A DNA stretch of 64,000 bases from Minutocellus sp. GHC0000111 (lineage: Eukaryota). The translations under genes and the position numbers were made by a program. The stretch covers positions 186,001 through 250,000 of the forward strand of contig OZ361258.1 in NCBI GenBank assembly GCA_977018835.1, written 5' to 3'. Each line of letters starts with the position of its first letter. Position 1 is the stretch's first letter. Of this stretch, positions 1 through 9,108 are shown one piece after another. The notes under the pieces are model-generated. The model was not told the DNA's origin. It was given only the letters and a program-made list of their open reading frames with translations, and searched no databases.

Positions 1-744
1 CGAGCGTGCGTCGAACGATTATGAGGCACTCGTCTCTTTGGGTTGCGTCGTCCCTACAATCGCACAGCTCAGCACAAAACAATCGATTGCACGGTGGCGA
101 TCTGAAGGCTCACTGTAGTAATAGCTCACCTGCCGGACGAGGTCGAGACTTCAGCTGCTTGGTGGATGATGAATTCAGTTCGGTTGGGGATTCTCGGCTG
201 AGCAACTGGCCCATTCATGCTCTCAATTTTGTCGAGGTGGACTATGGCGGGTTGAGGAGAAGTCTCAGGTCATTGGTAATATAATCATACAGATCCTCAA
301 TAATTTTTTTATATAGACAGCGCCGGCATGTCTTCTCAGACTGTCCGTCGACAAATTTAGAAAATGCCAGATCAGAAGAAAGCAAGATACGGACTGTACA
401 TGTGCACATGTACTGTATGGTGGAGAAATGCTACGTGCTGCTGCGTGTACCACCTCCTTCTATGCATTGCATTTGACAATGCCCTCAATATAAATCATGG
501 AGCTTTCGGCATCTCTTGCAAGAATTTCCTTATGGCTATCCGATCGATGCAGAGTACACGTAGACTCTTGGATCTAGATCTATATCTCTAGACGATTGAC
601 GTTAGACAAGGCCGGTCGATCTGCTATCTAGATCTACCTGTCTTGCATTATCATGTATATACCTTTTGTCATACTAGAGCTAATACATGTTCAAATAGAT
701 ACCTCCTAGCTAGAAGATCTTAATTACCGCGCAACTTATTCCTA

Positions 745-1746
745 TCATATACAAAGATCGATGTCTGGGCACATGTCAGCCATGCATGATGCCTTCTTTT
801 CTTCGGGCTGATTTTTCTTCTTCTTTTTCTTCTTTTGTCTCGAGATTCCAGATGAGGACTCGTCATCTTGTTCGTAAAACTCATCAGATAGATCCGAAGT
901 ATCGGATTGTCCATCCTCCTCTTCTGGAAAGTTATCGCGCTTGGACCTTGCCCTGGTTACTACAAACGCAATCGCTAGGGACAGTACGAATACTGACATA
1001 ATGATCGGCATGAGAGTATCCGTGGAATCACCCTCTGACCCTCTCTGTGCCGCTGCTGTTGCAGCAGCTACCTCGTTGAACATTGGTCCCACGGGAGGGA
1101 GGGTGAATGGAGCTGGCGTTGGTGCTTCTGTGCACTGTATTCTACAGGTGCAGGGACAGCGGGATATTAGCTCAGATATTTCGTCGTCAGAGAAGGCAAC
1201 GATCGTCTTGGCCTCGAAGCAATTGTTGAAAACTTGAAAGGCGGAGCAGCCGACGCTCATCCTGGACATGTACGTTGGATCGTCTTGACAAGTTGCAGGC
1301 CACCTCGGATAACACGCCTTGGCGGTGTCTTCTTCTTCTTCTTCTTTTTTCTTTCGAAGAAGTGTTCTTGATGTCTCGATGGTAACATCTGCCTCGCTTG
1401 CAGTAGAAGCATCGTGCAGTAAATCCAATTCTCCACTCGTCATGATAGTGTTTAGCGTTGGTGCTGCTGTTGGAGGTTGCAGGAAGTGGTTGGCAGTGGT
1501 CGAAGAAGTACTGTCATTGCAATCGGGCACAGCACAAGTCGATGGGCAATTGTGGAGTAGGTCGTTGACTTCGTCTTGGGTCCAACCCAAAACTTGCAAC
1601 GCCTCGCATCGGACGTTGGCGTGCTCAGCACAGGTAATCCCAAATCTGCTCCGGAAGCCTGGATTGTCCTCGCATCGATGCCGTTGAGGCGAGGTTGAGA
1701 TGAGAGTCGCACTACTGGTGTCGGATGCGCTCATTTTGTTTTGCAT
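745..1746 (-). CDS. Membrane-anchored protein with two Cys-rich repeats (ShK-like spacing)
   Basis: Two repeats, C.D.P.(F/Y).SR....C...C...L...CP.TC...C; hydrophobic helix LMPIIMSVFVLSLAIAFVV; acidic then poly-Lys tail. The true start may lie in an upstream exon. Confidence 0.6.
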   Translation of the reverse strand: MQNKMSASDTSSATLISTSPQRHRCEDNPGFRSRFGITCAEHANVRCEALQVLGWTQDEVNDLLHNCPSTCAVPDCNDSTSSTTANHFLQPPTAAPTLNTIMTSGELDLLHDASTASEADVTIETSRTLLRKKKEEEEEDTAKACYPRWPATCQDDPTYMSRMSVGCSAFQVFNNCFEAKTIVAFSDDEISELISRCPCTCRIQCTEAPTPAPFTLPPVGPMFNEVAAATAAAQRGSEGDSTDTLMPIIMSVFVLSLAIAFVVTRARSKRDNFPEEEDGQSDTSDLSDEFYEQDDESSSGISRQKKKKKKKNQPEEKKASCMADMCPDIDLCI

Positions 1747-2175
1747 ATGCTGAAGGTCCCAAAACTTAAAAGATGAGTGAGGCGTGGAAGTTGCCCAATG
1801 CGGCTTGTACTTGTACTGAGCGACAATGCTAATAGATAGAGTTGAAGATTAGAGATGCTTGAGTTCCCCTTCTCGAGCATCCAATGGAACGAGTTTACAG
1901 AGTTTACAGAGAAAGCAAGAACAAACCTCTATCCATCGCGCTGCTTTTTTGTTTTCCTCCTATCGCGTTGGATACGAGAAGGCGATGGAGCGTATCTCAT
2001 GAGACGATGTTGAGATTTTTGTATCGTCTGTTTTGAAGGTTGTCTCAACCCCGAAAGATATCCAAAAGGGAACTTCTAACTTCAGCTCAAAGGCACCCGG
2101 ATGAAGGAATTTGCCGGCATTCTTTGATTCGAGAAAACGAACAACGGCATTCCGTACGGTATCCATCGAAGAACA

Positions 2176-3948
2176 ATGGCCCTCCGAACTGGATTCGCGG
2201 CATCTTCCAGGCATATCTTGAGATGTACGGGCTCGCACACCGGTAAAGGTCGTATCTTGGCGTCGGCGGCCACCGTCTCTGTGGACGATACGATTTATAC
2301 GCGGCCATCCAATGCTCTTTATCTTCTTCTTCGGACCTCCTTCCGGCAGCAGCATACCAAAGATTCCCATGCGGCATTCCACTCCTCCGGCAGCGACATG
2401 GAGGGCGGTGACTTGGACGATTTGTGCAGCAAGCACATGGAATTGCCCGCTGATGAGTTTGCAAGGGGGTGTAGCTTCCTTCATCAGGTTGCCCTGGGGA
2501 ATTCAGGCGAGTTGGAGAAGATCGTCGCCGCAGAACCTGAACTCGTCAACTTCCGTGACTATGATCGCCGCACGGCCCTGCACATTGCCGCATCCGAGGG
2601 TCATCTCGGCATATGCCAGTTCTTGGTCGATCGGAGCGCCCGTATCAACCGAAGCGATCGTTGGGGGCATTCTCCCTTGGATGATGCGTATCGTCACAGA
2701 CATTCGTCGGTCATGGACTATCTACGCTCGTGCGGCGCAGCCTTTGGATCTCCGTCCCAGGCCAATAACTTCATCTCGGCCGCTTCGGAGGGAGATTTTG
2801 AAGAAGTCCGAGCTTTGATGGAACTTGGGGATGTCGACTTGAATGAAGGTGATTACGACAAGCGAACTGCTTTACATCTTGCCGCTGGCAACGGCCGTGC
2901 TGGAATAGTTCAAATGCTATGCGAGAAAGGCGCCGATGTCAATGTGCGAGATCGATGGGGTAATCGGCCGCTGGACGATGCCAATGCCTCCAATCATCCC
3001 GAATGTTCCGAAATCCTGAGTCTGCACGGAGCAAAGCCGGGCTCTTCGGAATCATCTCTTTGCTCCAGCAAGGAAGCACTATTGGACTTGCTTGATCAGT
3101 ACGGGAAAGTACGAGACGGTGTCCTGTCGCTGGACTGGCACGACGTGAGCGATCTACTCAAGGGAGTTGGCGAAGAGCCAACGGATGCTGTTGTTCAACA
3201 GCTCTTTTCGATTGCCGATGTAGATGGAGACGGCCTAATCAATACCGAGGAATTTCTCCAGAACTCTGATATCTTCCTTGCCGGCAGACCTGCGAGAATT
3301 ATTCTGGTCGTTGGTGGTCCTGGCAGTGGGAAGGGTATGCTTTGCGAGCGTCTTGTGAAGGAGTGTGGCGTTGTACACTTGTCTTCTGGAAATTTGTTGC
3401 GTGAGGAAGTGGAAAGAGGGACTGCCCTTGGCCAGCAAGTGGCCGAAATTATGCAGAGCGGAGGCTTGGTGTCATCTGCAATCATGGTGGCCCTTATGCA
3501 GCAAAAAATGAAAGATCATCCTGGCAAACGTATCCTACTCGATGGCTTCCCCCGTTCGAGGAAAAATGCAGAAGACCTCGTTACACTTTGTGGCAAGCCC
3601 GAGCTAGCACTTCATCTTGATTGCGACGACACCGTTTTGATTGAAAGAATTATGAAAAGGGCCGAATCTGGGGAGCGAGCCGACGACAACATCCAGACCG
3701 CTCTGCAGCGCATTAGAACATACCACAAATCGCACGACATGACCCTTGAATTCCTACGCGAGCAACATGTTCCTATGGTTTACCTTGATTGCTCTGCCAC
3801 TCCGGAAGGAGTTTGGAATCAGCTCAAGGCTGTCGGGCGGTTGATGCGACAAGCCGTCAAGCTCCCAACGGATGGCAATAACAGCAAGAAGTTGGACAAT
3901 AATGCTGCCGGCAAGCCTCATTCGGACAATTTTGAGATTCCTGCATAA
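2176..3948 (+). CDS. Ankyrin-repeat / EF-hand / adenylate (UMP-CMP) kinase fusion
   Basis: Two DYD(R/K)RTALH ankyrin blocks, EF-hand DVDGDGLINTEEF, P-loop GGPGSGKG, HLSSG, LLDGFPR, R.DDN. Confidence 0.9.
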   Translation: MALRTGFAASSRHILRCTGSHTGKGRILASAATVSVDDTIYTRPSNALYLLLRTSFRQQHTKDSHAAFHSSGSDMEGGDLDDLCSKHMELPADEFARGCSFLHQVALGNSGELEKIVAAEPELVNFRDYDRRTALHIAASEGHLGICQFLVDRSARINRSDRWGHSPLDDAYRHRHSSVMDYLRSCGAAFGSPSQANNFISAASEGDFEEVRALMELGDVDLNEGDYDKRTALHLAAGNGRAGIVQMLCEKGADVNVRDRWGNRPLDDANASNHPECSEILSLHGAKPGSSESSLCSSKEALLDLLDQYGKVRDGVLSLDWHDVSDLLKGVGEEPTDAVVQQLFSIADVDGDGLINTEEFLQNSDIFLAGRPARIILVVGGPGSGKGMLCERLVKECGVVHLSSGNLLREEVERGTALGQQVAEIMQSGGLVSSAIMVALMQQKMKDHPGKRILLDGFPRSRKNAEDLVTLCGKPELALHLDCDDTVLIERIMKRAESGERADDNIQTALQRIRTYHKSHDMTLEFLREQHVPMVYLDCSATPEGVWNQLKAVGRLMRQAVKLPTDGNNSKKLDNNAAGKPHSDNFEIPA

Positions 3949-4019
3949 ATATACATGTGCACATAAACGAACATAGATAGATGCTGGTGTTGTATTACTG
4001 ATCTGATCTACTTAGGCTT

Positions 4020-5600
4020 TCATTCAACTACTTCCTCGGCTACGTGTAAAGCTCTCTCCAAATCCGCAATCAAATCTTCAGCTGCTTCTAGCCCAATGCT
4101 CATCCTCAGAAGTCCGGGCGGACTCACCCGGCGATCTTCGGGCTCGATTGATGCTCTATGTTCAATTAGGGTCTCTGTACCGCCCAAGCTCGTTCCTCTC
4201 TCGATTACTCGTACTGCACCGGCCACTGCCATGGCATATCGAGCATCGGCAACTTCAAAGCTTAGCACACCGCCATATAGTCCCTTTGTCATTGTTTGTG
4301 TTGCAAGATGATCGGGATGAGAGGAAAGGCCGGGATAATGAACTTTCGTGACCAAAGCTTGCTTCTCCAGAAATTGAGCGACCTTCAGAGCAGCTTTGCA
4401 CTGCCTTTCTACTCGAACATGTAGCGTTCTCATCCCTCTCAGTACCAGCCATGCATCGAAAGCAGACGCCTGACATCCAGTCACCTGCTGAACTTGACGA
4501 ATTCTGGAAGCAAGCTGTCGCCCCGCATCAGAAAAAGGAGATGCGGTTACCACACCCAACAAAGCATCCGAATGTCCACCAAGATATTTTGTAGCCGAAT
4601 GCACAACGAAATCCGTCCCTGAAAGAAGGGGGCATGACAAGGGCGGTGGAAACAGTGTAGAATCCACCACCGTGGACAGCATTCGAGGGGAGGAGGACGA
4701 GTCCAAGGCAACAAGATCACCTCGGATTCGCTCAACAAGCGAAGTCAGCGCTGACACGTCGGCAACATTCAACAATGGGTTCGATGGGCTCTCCATCCAT
4801 AGAACTACCGATCCTTTCTCCCCAACACTATCACTTCCTTGGGTAGCATATTCTCGCACTGCTTGCTCTACTTTGTCAGCATCTCGCATATCAATCGACG
4901 AGAAGCGCATACCATGATGCTGCAACACAGTATGGAGCAATGTTGGGACGCCGTGGTAGACATCCTCGGGCAAAATGACATGTACTGGAGGTGGATGAGC
5001 CAGCAGCAGCGTCGATACAGCTGCCATGCCAGACGAACATGCCACCGTCTCTGTACCAGCATCTGTCGTTTCTGCTTTGGGCTGTACTCTTTCGTCACTA
5101 TCTGCGCGAGGATACGGCATCAACTCCAACGCTCCAACTGTTTGTTCCAGTATTTCTCTGGTTGCATTATCGGTCCTGCCATAAATCTGACCCTTGCCTC
5201 CGTCAGCATCGTTGTAATTGCCCGATGCCGGTCGAGAATACGTCGTGGCTAGATTCAGAGGTGGCGAGAGAGGTTCGTTGCTGTTGCTTTCGTGATGAGC
5301 ATGATTTTTCATCTCGGTAGAATGGGCACTGTTGTGGAGCGGCAGACCAGCGTGCGACAATATGGTAGAGGGAGATACACCTGCTGCACTGTCAGCTGCT
5401 GCAGCAGCGTCGAGACGTGAGCGGTAACGATGGGCGGCGACGCCATAATGCGATGGTGAGTCCTCATCAGCGTTTGTGCTGAATGGAGCGGATTGCCGGG
5501 GGAGGAGGAACAAAGGTATCGACTCGGAGCGAAGGCGCTTTGTGCATGATCTACCGCAGGGAACGGCAAAGCGGTGGATCATAGTCATGGGGTACCCCAT
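4020..5600 (-). CDS. Cys/Met metabolism PLP enzyme (cystathionine gamma-synthase/lyase family)
   Basis: SSGMAA, ESPSNP, VVDST, HSATKYLGGHSD (PLP lysine), SLGGTETL, LRMSIGLE. Confidence 0.92.
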   Translation of the reverse strand: MGYPMTMIHRFAVPCGRSCTKRLRSESIPLFLLPRQSAPFSTNADEDSPSHYGVAAHRYRSRLDAAAAADSAAGVSPSTILSHAGLPLHNSAHSTEMKNHAHHESNSNEPLSPPLNLATTYSRPASGNYNDADGGKGQIYGRTDNATREILEQTVGALELMPYPRADSDERVQPKAETTDAGTETVACSSGMAAVSTLLLAHPPPVHVILPEDVYHGVPTLLHTVLQHHGMRFSSIDMRDADKVEQAVREYATQGSDSVGEKGSVVLWMESPSNPLLNVADVSALTSLVERIRGDLVALDSSSSPRMLSTVVDSTLFPPPLSCPLLSGTDFVVHSATKYLGGHSDALLGVVTASPFSDAGRQLASRIRQVQQVTGCQASAFDAWLVLRGMRTLHVRVERQCKAALKVAQFLEKQALVTKVHYPGLSSHPDHLATQTMTKGLYGGVLSFEVADARYAMAVAGAVRVIERGTSLGGTETLIEHRASIEPEDRRVSPPGLLRMSIGLEAAEDLIADLERALHVAEEVVE

Positions 5601-5815
5601 GATGGTTTGGTGAGAGATGATTTTGCCAGCTTGTCGGTGCGGATGTTGTGGACGGTGGACGGTGCGGTGGAAAGAAGGGAGGTGGTGCCGGCCCGAACAC
5701 AGAAAACCTTCATTTTGCCACGTGAATAAGAAATATAATACGTGAAACAGAAGCTTTCAAGTCCTTTGGCGCAATCCGCCAACGAGTAAGCAGAACGATA
5801 CCCAACCAACTCAAC

Positions 5816-7225
5816 ATGGAACCAGTGGCATCACCCTCTCCTCCTGGCGGCATCAAAGAGCTCAATGTCATTCTTTCGACTTTATCTCCCCAGCTCGATA
5901 CTGTTGAGGTCTTCATTTTTCACACTGACCCCAACGCATCATACGGCGACCACTCAAACCTCCATCCAGTTGTAACGTGTCAGGAACGGGAGGGTATGAC
6001 ATTTGTCTTCCCGCTCTCTGCTTTGACAGATGGTCGAGATGACAATGTTGGGATCGATCTGACTGCGCAACCGCGTATGAAACGAATTACTCTTGGCGTC
6101 CACTCATCGCTCGAAGCAGTGGGGCTGACTGCCGCCGTCTCAACGCTACTTGCCAAGCACGGGATTTCGGCCAACATGGTGGCGGGTTATCACCATGACC
6201 ATTTGTTTGTACCGGCGAATGATGCCGAAAGAGCAGTGGAGTTGCTGATCCAGTTGGCAGAGGATAGCAGAGCCGCAATTTGTACAGAAGATGGCAATAG
6301 CGGTGGAGAGAGCGATGAAGCTGAGATGTGGGAGGGATTGGTGCCGCTCCATATTGAGAGGATTGTAGATCACTCCAATCCAATCTTTACTTTACCATTC
6401 AACATTGGGTCGAAACAAATATCCATCGAGCAAGATATTGAGGCCCGTAGACGTCCAGCATTTGATGCGGCGGACGGTGCTTTAGAAATGGGCGATGATC
6501 TTACAGAACGGGACAGCAAAACGGGCGCGGTGCTGTGGGATGGTGCTGTTGTAGCAGCTTCTCTATTGGAAGAATGCAGCAATGCAGGCTCTACCCATAG
6601 ATTTCGAGATCAGCTGAACCCAAAAGGGAAGGCAGTAGTTGAACTGGGATGTGGCTGTTCTGCTTTGCCCGGTCAGGTGGCCGCTGCACTTGGTGCCAAA
6701 AGAGTTGCATTGACTGATCTTGAATGTATTGTCGAGTCTGGCGACACCAGTGTTTTGCGCCGCAATATTGAACGCAATGGTTTGAGTGGTGATGTAGATC
6801 TATTGCCTCATAAATGGGGCTATCCCATTCCAACTGAACTATTTGGTGTGCAGTTGATCCTGGCAGCCGATTGCATCTACGATTTGTCGTTGGTGGAGCC
6901 GCTACTTTCATCGGTGTCTAATATCGTAACAGAATCAAAGCAAAATGGTACCACCTGCGTCGCCCTTGTCACATTTGATACGTCTGTTGGCAGGCACAAG
7001 GCGTACGAGTTATTCGAAGAAGAAGCAAGGGCACGTTTTGAATATGTTGAATTTCTCGACGAGAATGACATTAGTAGAGACGGTCTAGCGACAGACTCGG
7101 TCAAAGCATACATTCTTTCGGCTGGACTGCAGGACTATATGATTAGCTCAATTCCTTCTCCATCTTTTCTTTCAACGTCTCTGTCCTCTTCATCTCTCTG
7201 GCTTCTCTCATCTCCAGATCTTTGA
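5816..7225 (+). CDS. ACT-domain (DUF2241/ACT_7-like) + METTL21-type SAM methyltransferase fusion
   Basis: EREGMTFV, ITLGVHSSLEAVGLTAAVS..LA..GISANMVAGYHHDHLFVP; then TGAVLWD, VVELGCG, LTD, ILAADCIY. Confidence 0.85.
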   Translation: MEPVASPSPPGGIKELNVILSTLSPQLDTVEVFIFHTDPNASYGDHSNLHPVVTCQEREGMTFVFPLSALTDGRDDNVGIDLTAQPRMKRITLGVHSSLEAVGLTAAVSTLLAKHGISANMVAGYHHDHLFVPANDAERAVELLIQLAEDSRAAICTEDGNSGGESDEAEMWEGLVPLHIERIVDHSNPIFTLPFNIGSKQISIEQDIEARRRPAFDAADGALEMGDDLTERDSKTGAVLWDGAVVAASLLEECSNAGSTHRFRDQLNPKGKAVVELGCGCSALPGQVAAALGAKRVALTDLECIVESGDTSVLRRNIERNGLSGDVDLLPHKWGYPIPTELFGVQLILAADCIYDLSLVEPLLSSVSNIVTESKQNGTTCVALVTFDTSVGRHKAYELFEEEARARFEYVEFLDENDISRDGLATDSVKAYILSAGLQDYMISSIPSPSFLSTSLSSSSLWLLSSPDL

Positions 7226-8120
7226 TAGCTGCTTCAATTTCGGACTCGGGCAGGCCAGCCATGCGCTCCCGCAAAAGCTGATTCTCGCGCGATCGCTTGA
7301 CACCCTGGGTAACGCTGCCAACATTCTTCTTGAACTCATCAATGCCCAACGCTCCACCCTCGCGATCGTCATCCCACGACGCCGAAAGCACCGAGTAGGT
7401 AATACCGAGCAAACTGATGGCCAATATTCCAATAGTTGTGGCTGCCACGACGACGGGCTCAAATTCCACACCCTTGTACGTGGCAAAGTACCAGAACGCA
7501 ACGAAGGCTCCCATCCCACCGAACAGCGGGATGCCGACGAAGGGCAGCATCCGCTTTCCCATCCGCTGCGCCACCCTCTCGGGGATGGCGGCACTCTCTT
7601 CGGCCACCTGGGCGTCCATTTCGCGGATTTCGGCTATCCGGCGCAGCTCCTCGTCCTTCTTGGATTGCCGTTCGGCGCGCATTTTGGCCAAGGCGCGTTG
7701 GCCGGTATTCATCTTCGGCTCGGTCGTAGCGAACGACACGGGATTGGCAAGGTCGGCCGCGCTATCATAGTCAGTGGAGGGGACGGGCGGTGCTGCCGAT
7801 TGTTCTGCAGTCTCAACGACGGCGGGCTTCTTGGCCACTGGGGCCTTGGACTCTCCAAATCCCTTACCACCAACATTTCCCTTCTTACTCTTCTTGGCGA
7901 AGAGGGGACCAACGGCAGAGCTCAAAGCACCATGACGTGCAACAACATGTGCCGAATTTTGAGCGGGAATCTGGAAACCTTCGGCGACCGCCAGAGCGCC
8001 GACGACGGCCACCAAGAGAGTTTGCTGCGAGGATGGGCTCGTTTCTACTTTGGGGCAGAATAAGACGCAATAAGCGGATGCAATGGAGCACCTCGTACTT
8101 GACTGTGAGTTCATGAGCAT
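7143..8120 (-). CDS. PAM68: PAM68 (DUF3464) thylakoid photosystem II assembly factor
   Basis: IPERVAQRMGKRM..FVGIP, two TM helices, GITYSVLSASWD..REG.ALG..EF; AEGF bipartite plastid motif. Exact 5' exon uncertain. Confidence 0.88.
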   Translation of the reverse strand: MLMNSQSSTRCSIASAYCVLFCPKVETSPSSQQTLLVAVVGALAVAEGFQIPAQNSAHVVARHGALSSAVGPLFAKKSKKGNVGGKGFGESKAPVAKKPAVVETAEQSAAPPVPSTDYDSAADLANPVSFATTEPKMNTGQRALAKMRAERQSKKDEELRRIAEIREMDAQVAEESAAIPERVAQRMGKRMLPFVGIPLFGGMGAFVAFWYFATYKGVEFEPVVVAATTIGILAISLLGITYSVLSASWDDDREGGALGIDEFKKNVGSVTQGVKRSRENQLLRERMAGLPESEIEAAIKDLEMREAREMKRTETLKEKMEKELS

Positions 8121-8191
8121 GAAGCATGAGCAACTTCAACGAGCGAGGTCTCATCAGGAGTTTCGGGGCGGGGGGACGCCCCAAGTTCAAC

Positions 8192-8199
8192 TGACGTCA
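8192..8199. promoter_or_regulatory. Palindromic TGACGTCA (bZIP/aureochrome-type site) in the short divergent PAM68/FKBP intergenic region
   Basis: Exact 8-mer palindrome between head-to-head genes; function inferred only. Confidence 0.35.
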
Positions 8200-8242
8200 T
8201 GATCGAACGGGCATGCATGACGGGCATCAGGAATCCACCAAG

Positions 8243-8980
8243 ATGACCAAGATGAAGGTGACCGCTGTTCTCGCGGCCGTTGCACTGGTTGGGCCGTCGG
8301 AGGGCTTCGTCGCGAATAGCGTATCCAAAGATTGCTTAAGATGTTCTACTGAGCTTGACGCCACCTCCAACCGCCGAGATGTGCTATCGTCGGTATCCTC
8401 CGGTCTGCTGGGGGCGACACTGCTGTCAACGGCGGCGGCATCCCCGGCGCAGGCCAAGGTGGAGGGATATGCCCCCCCATCCAAGAGCAAGGCACTGGGT
8501 GAGGAATATCGCCAGGGCACCGCTGCTCTCGCTGATATGGATGAAATGGCGCCAGTGCCTCGAGAGGCATACAAGAAGTTGCCCTCTGGCGTGACCATTG
8601 CAGATCTTCGCGTCGGCACGGGCGAGGAAGCCAAAGTTGGTTCGAAGTTCAACATTCAGTGGGTGCTGCGCAAGAGTAATGGATACTTTGTAGACAGCTC
8701 AGACGTTAGTGGAGGCGTACCCTTCATCTTTACAGTGGGAGAAAAGGGAGGTGCCATCGAAGGCGTCGATGAGGGAATTCGTGGGATGAGGGTCGGCGGT
8801 ACACGACGATTGTTGATCCCGGTGGAGAAGGGATATGTAGAGGGACTGGAGGATGGCAAGCCAGGACCGCTACCTGTTGGATTTGGTCCGAGACAGCAAA
8901 TGAGAAGAGTGCAAGGACTACGAAAGGACGTGCCGGGCGAGTATATCTTCTTGGAAGTCCAGCTCACCAAGGTGCGGTAG
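8243..8980 (+). CDS. Thylakoid-lumen FKBP-type peptidyl-prolyl isomerase (FKBP16-1-like)
   Basis: Signal peptide + SEGF motif, twin-Arg SNRRDVL, AQA cleavage site, WVLRKSNGYFV, GMRVGGTRRLLIP, FGPR, FLEVQL. Confidence 0.88.
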   Translation: MTKMKVTAVLAAVALVGPSEGFVANSVSKDCLRCSTELDATSNRRDVLSSVSSGLLGATLLSTAAASPAQAKVEGYAPPSKSKALGEEYRQGTAALADMDEMAPVPREAYKKLPSGVTIADLRVGTGEEAKVGSKFNIQWVLRKSNGYFVDSSDVSGGVPFIFTVGEKGGAIEGVDEGIRGMRVGGTRRLLIPVEKGYVEGLEDGKPGPLPVGFGPRQQMRRVQGLRKDVPGEYIFLEVQLTKVR

Positions 8981-9108
8981 GTGAGATGATGAAGTTGAGC
9001 GAGATGAAAGAGCAATTTCTTAGCTGGTAGAGATCTACGAAGCTCTAGATTATTATGTACAAAGGCGGAATCGAGCACCCGTCTCGATCTTAAAGTCCTA
9101 AATGTAAT

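Noticed and set aside
1..700. Short ORFs at the window start
   Set aside because: No recognisable motifs; cannot be assigned without flanking sequence.
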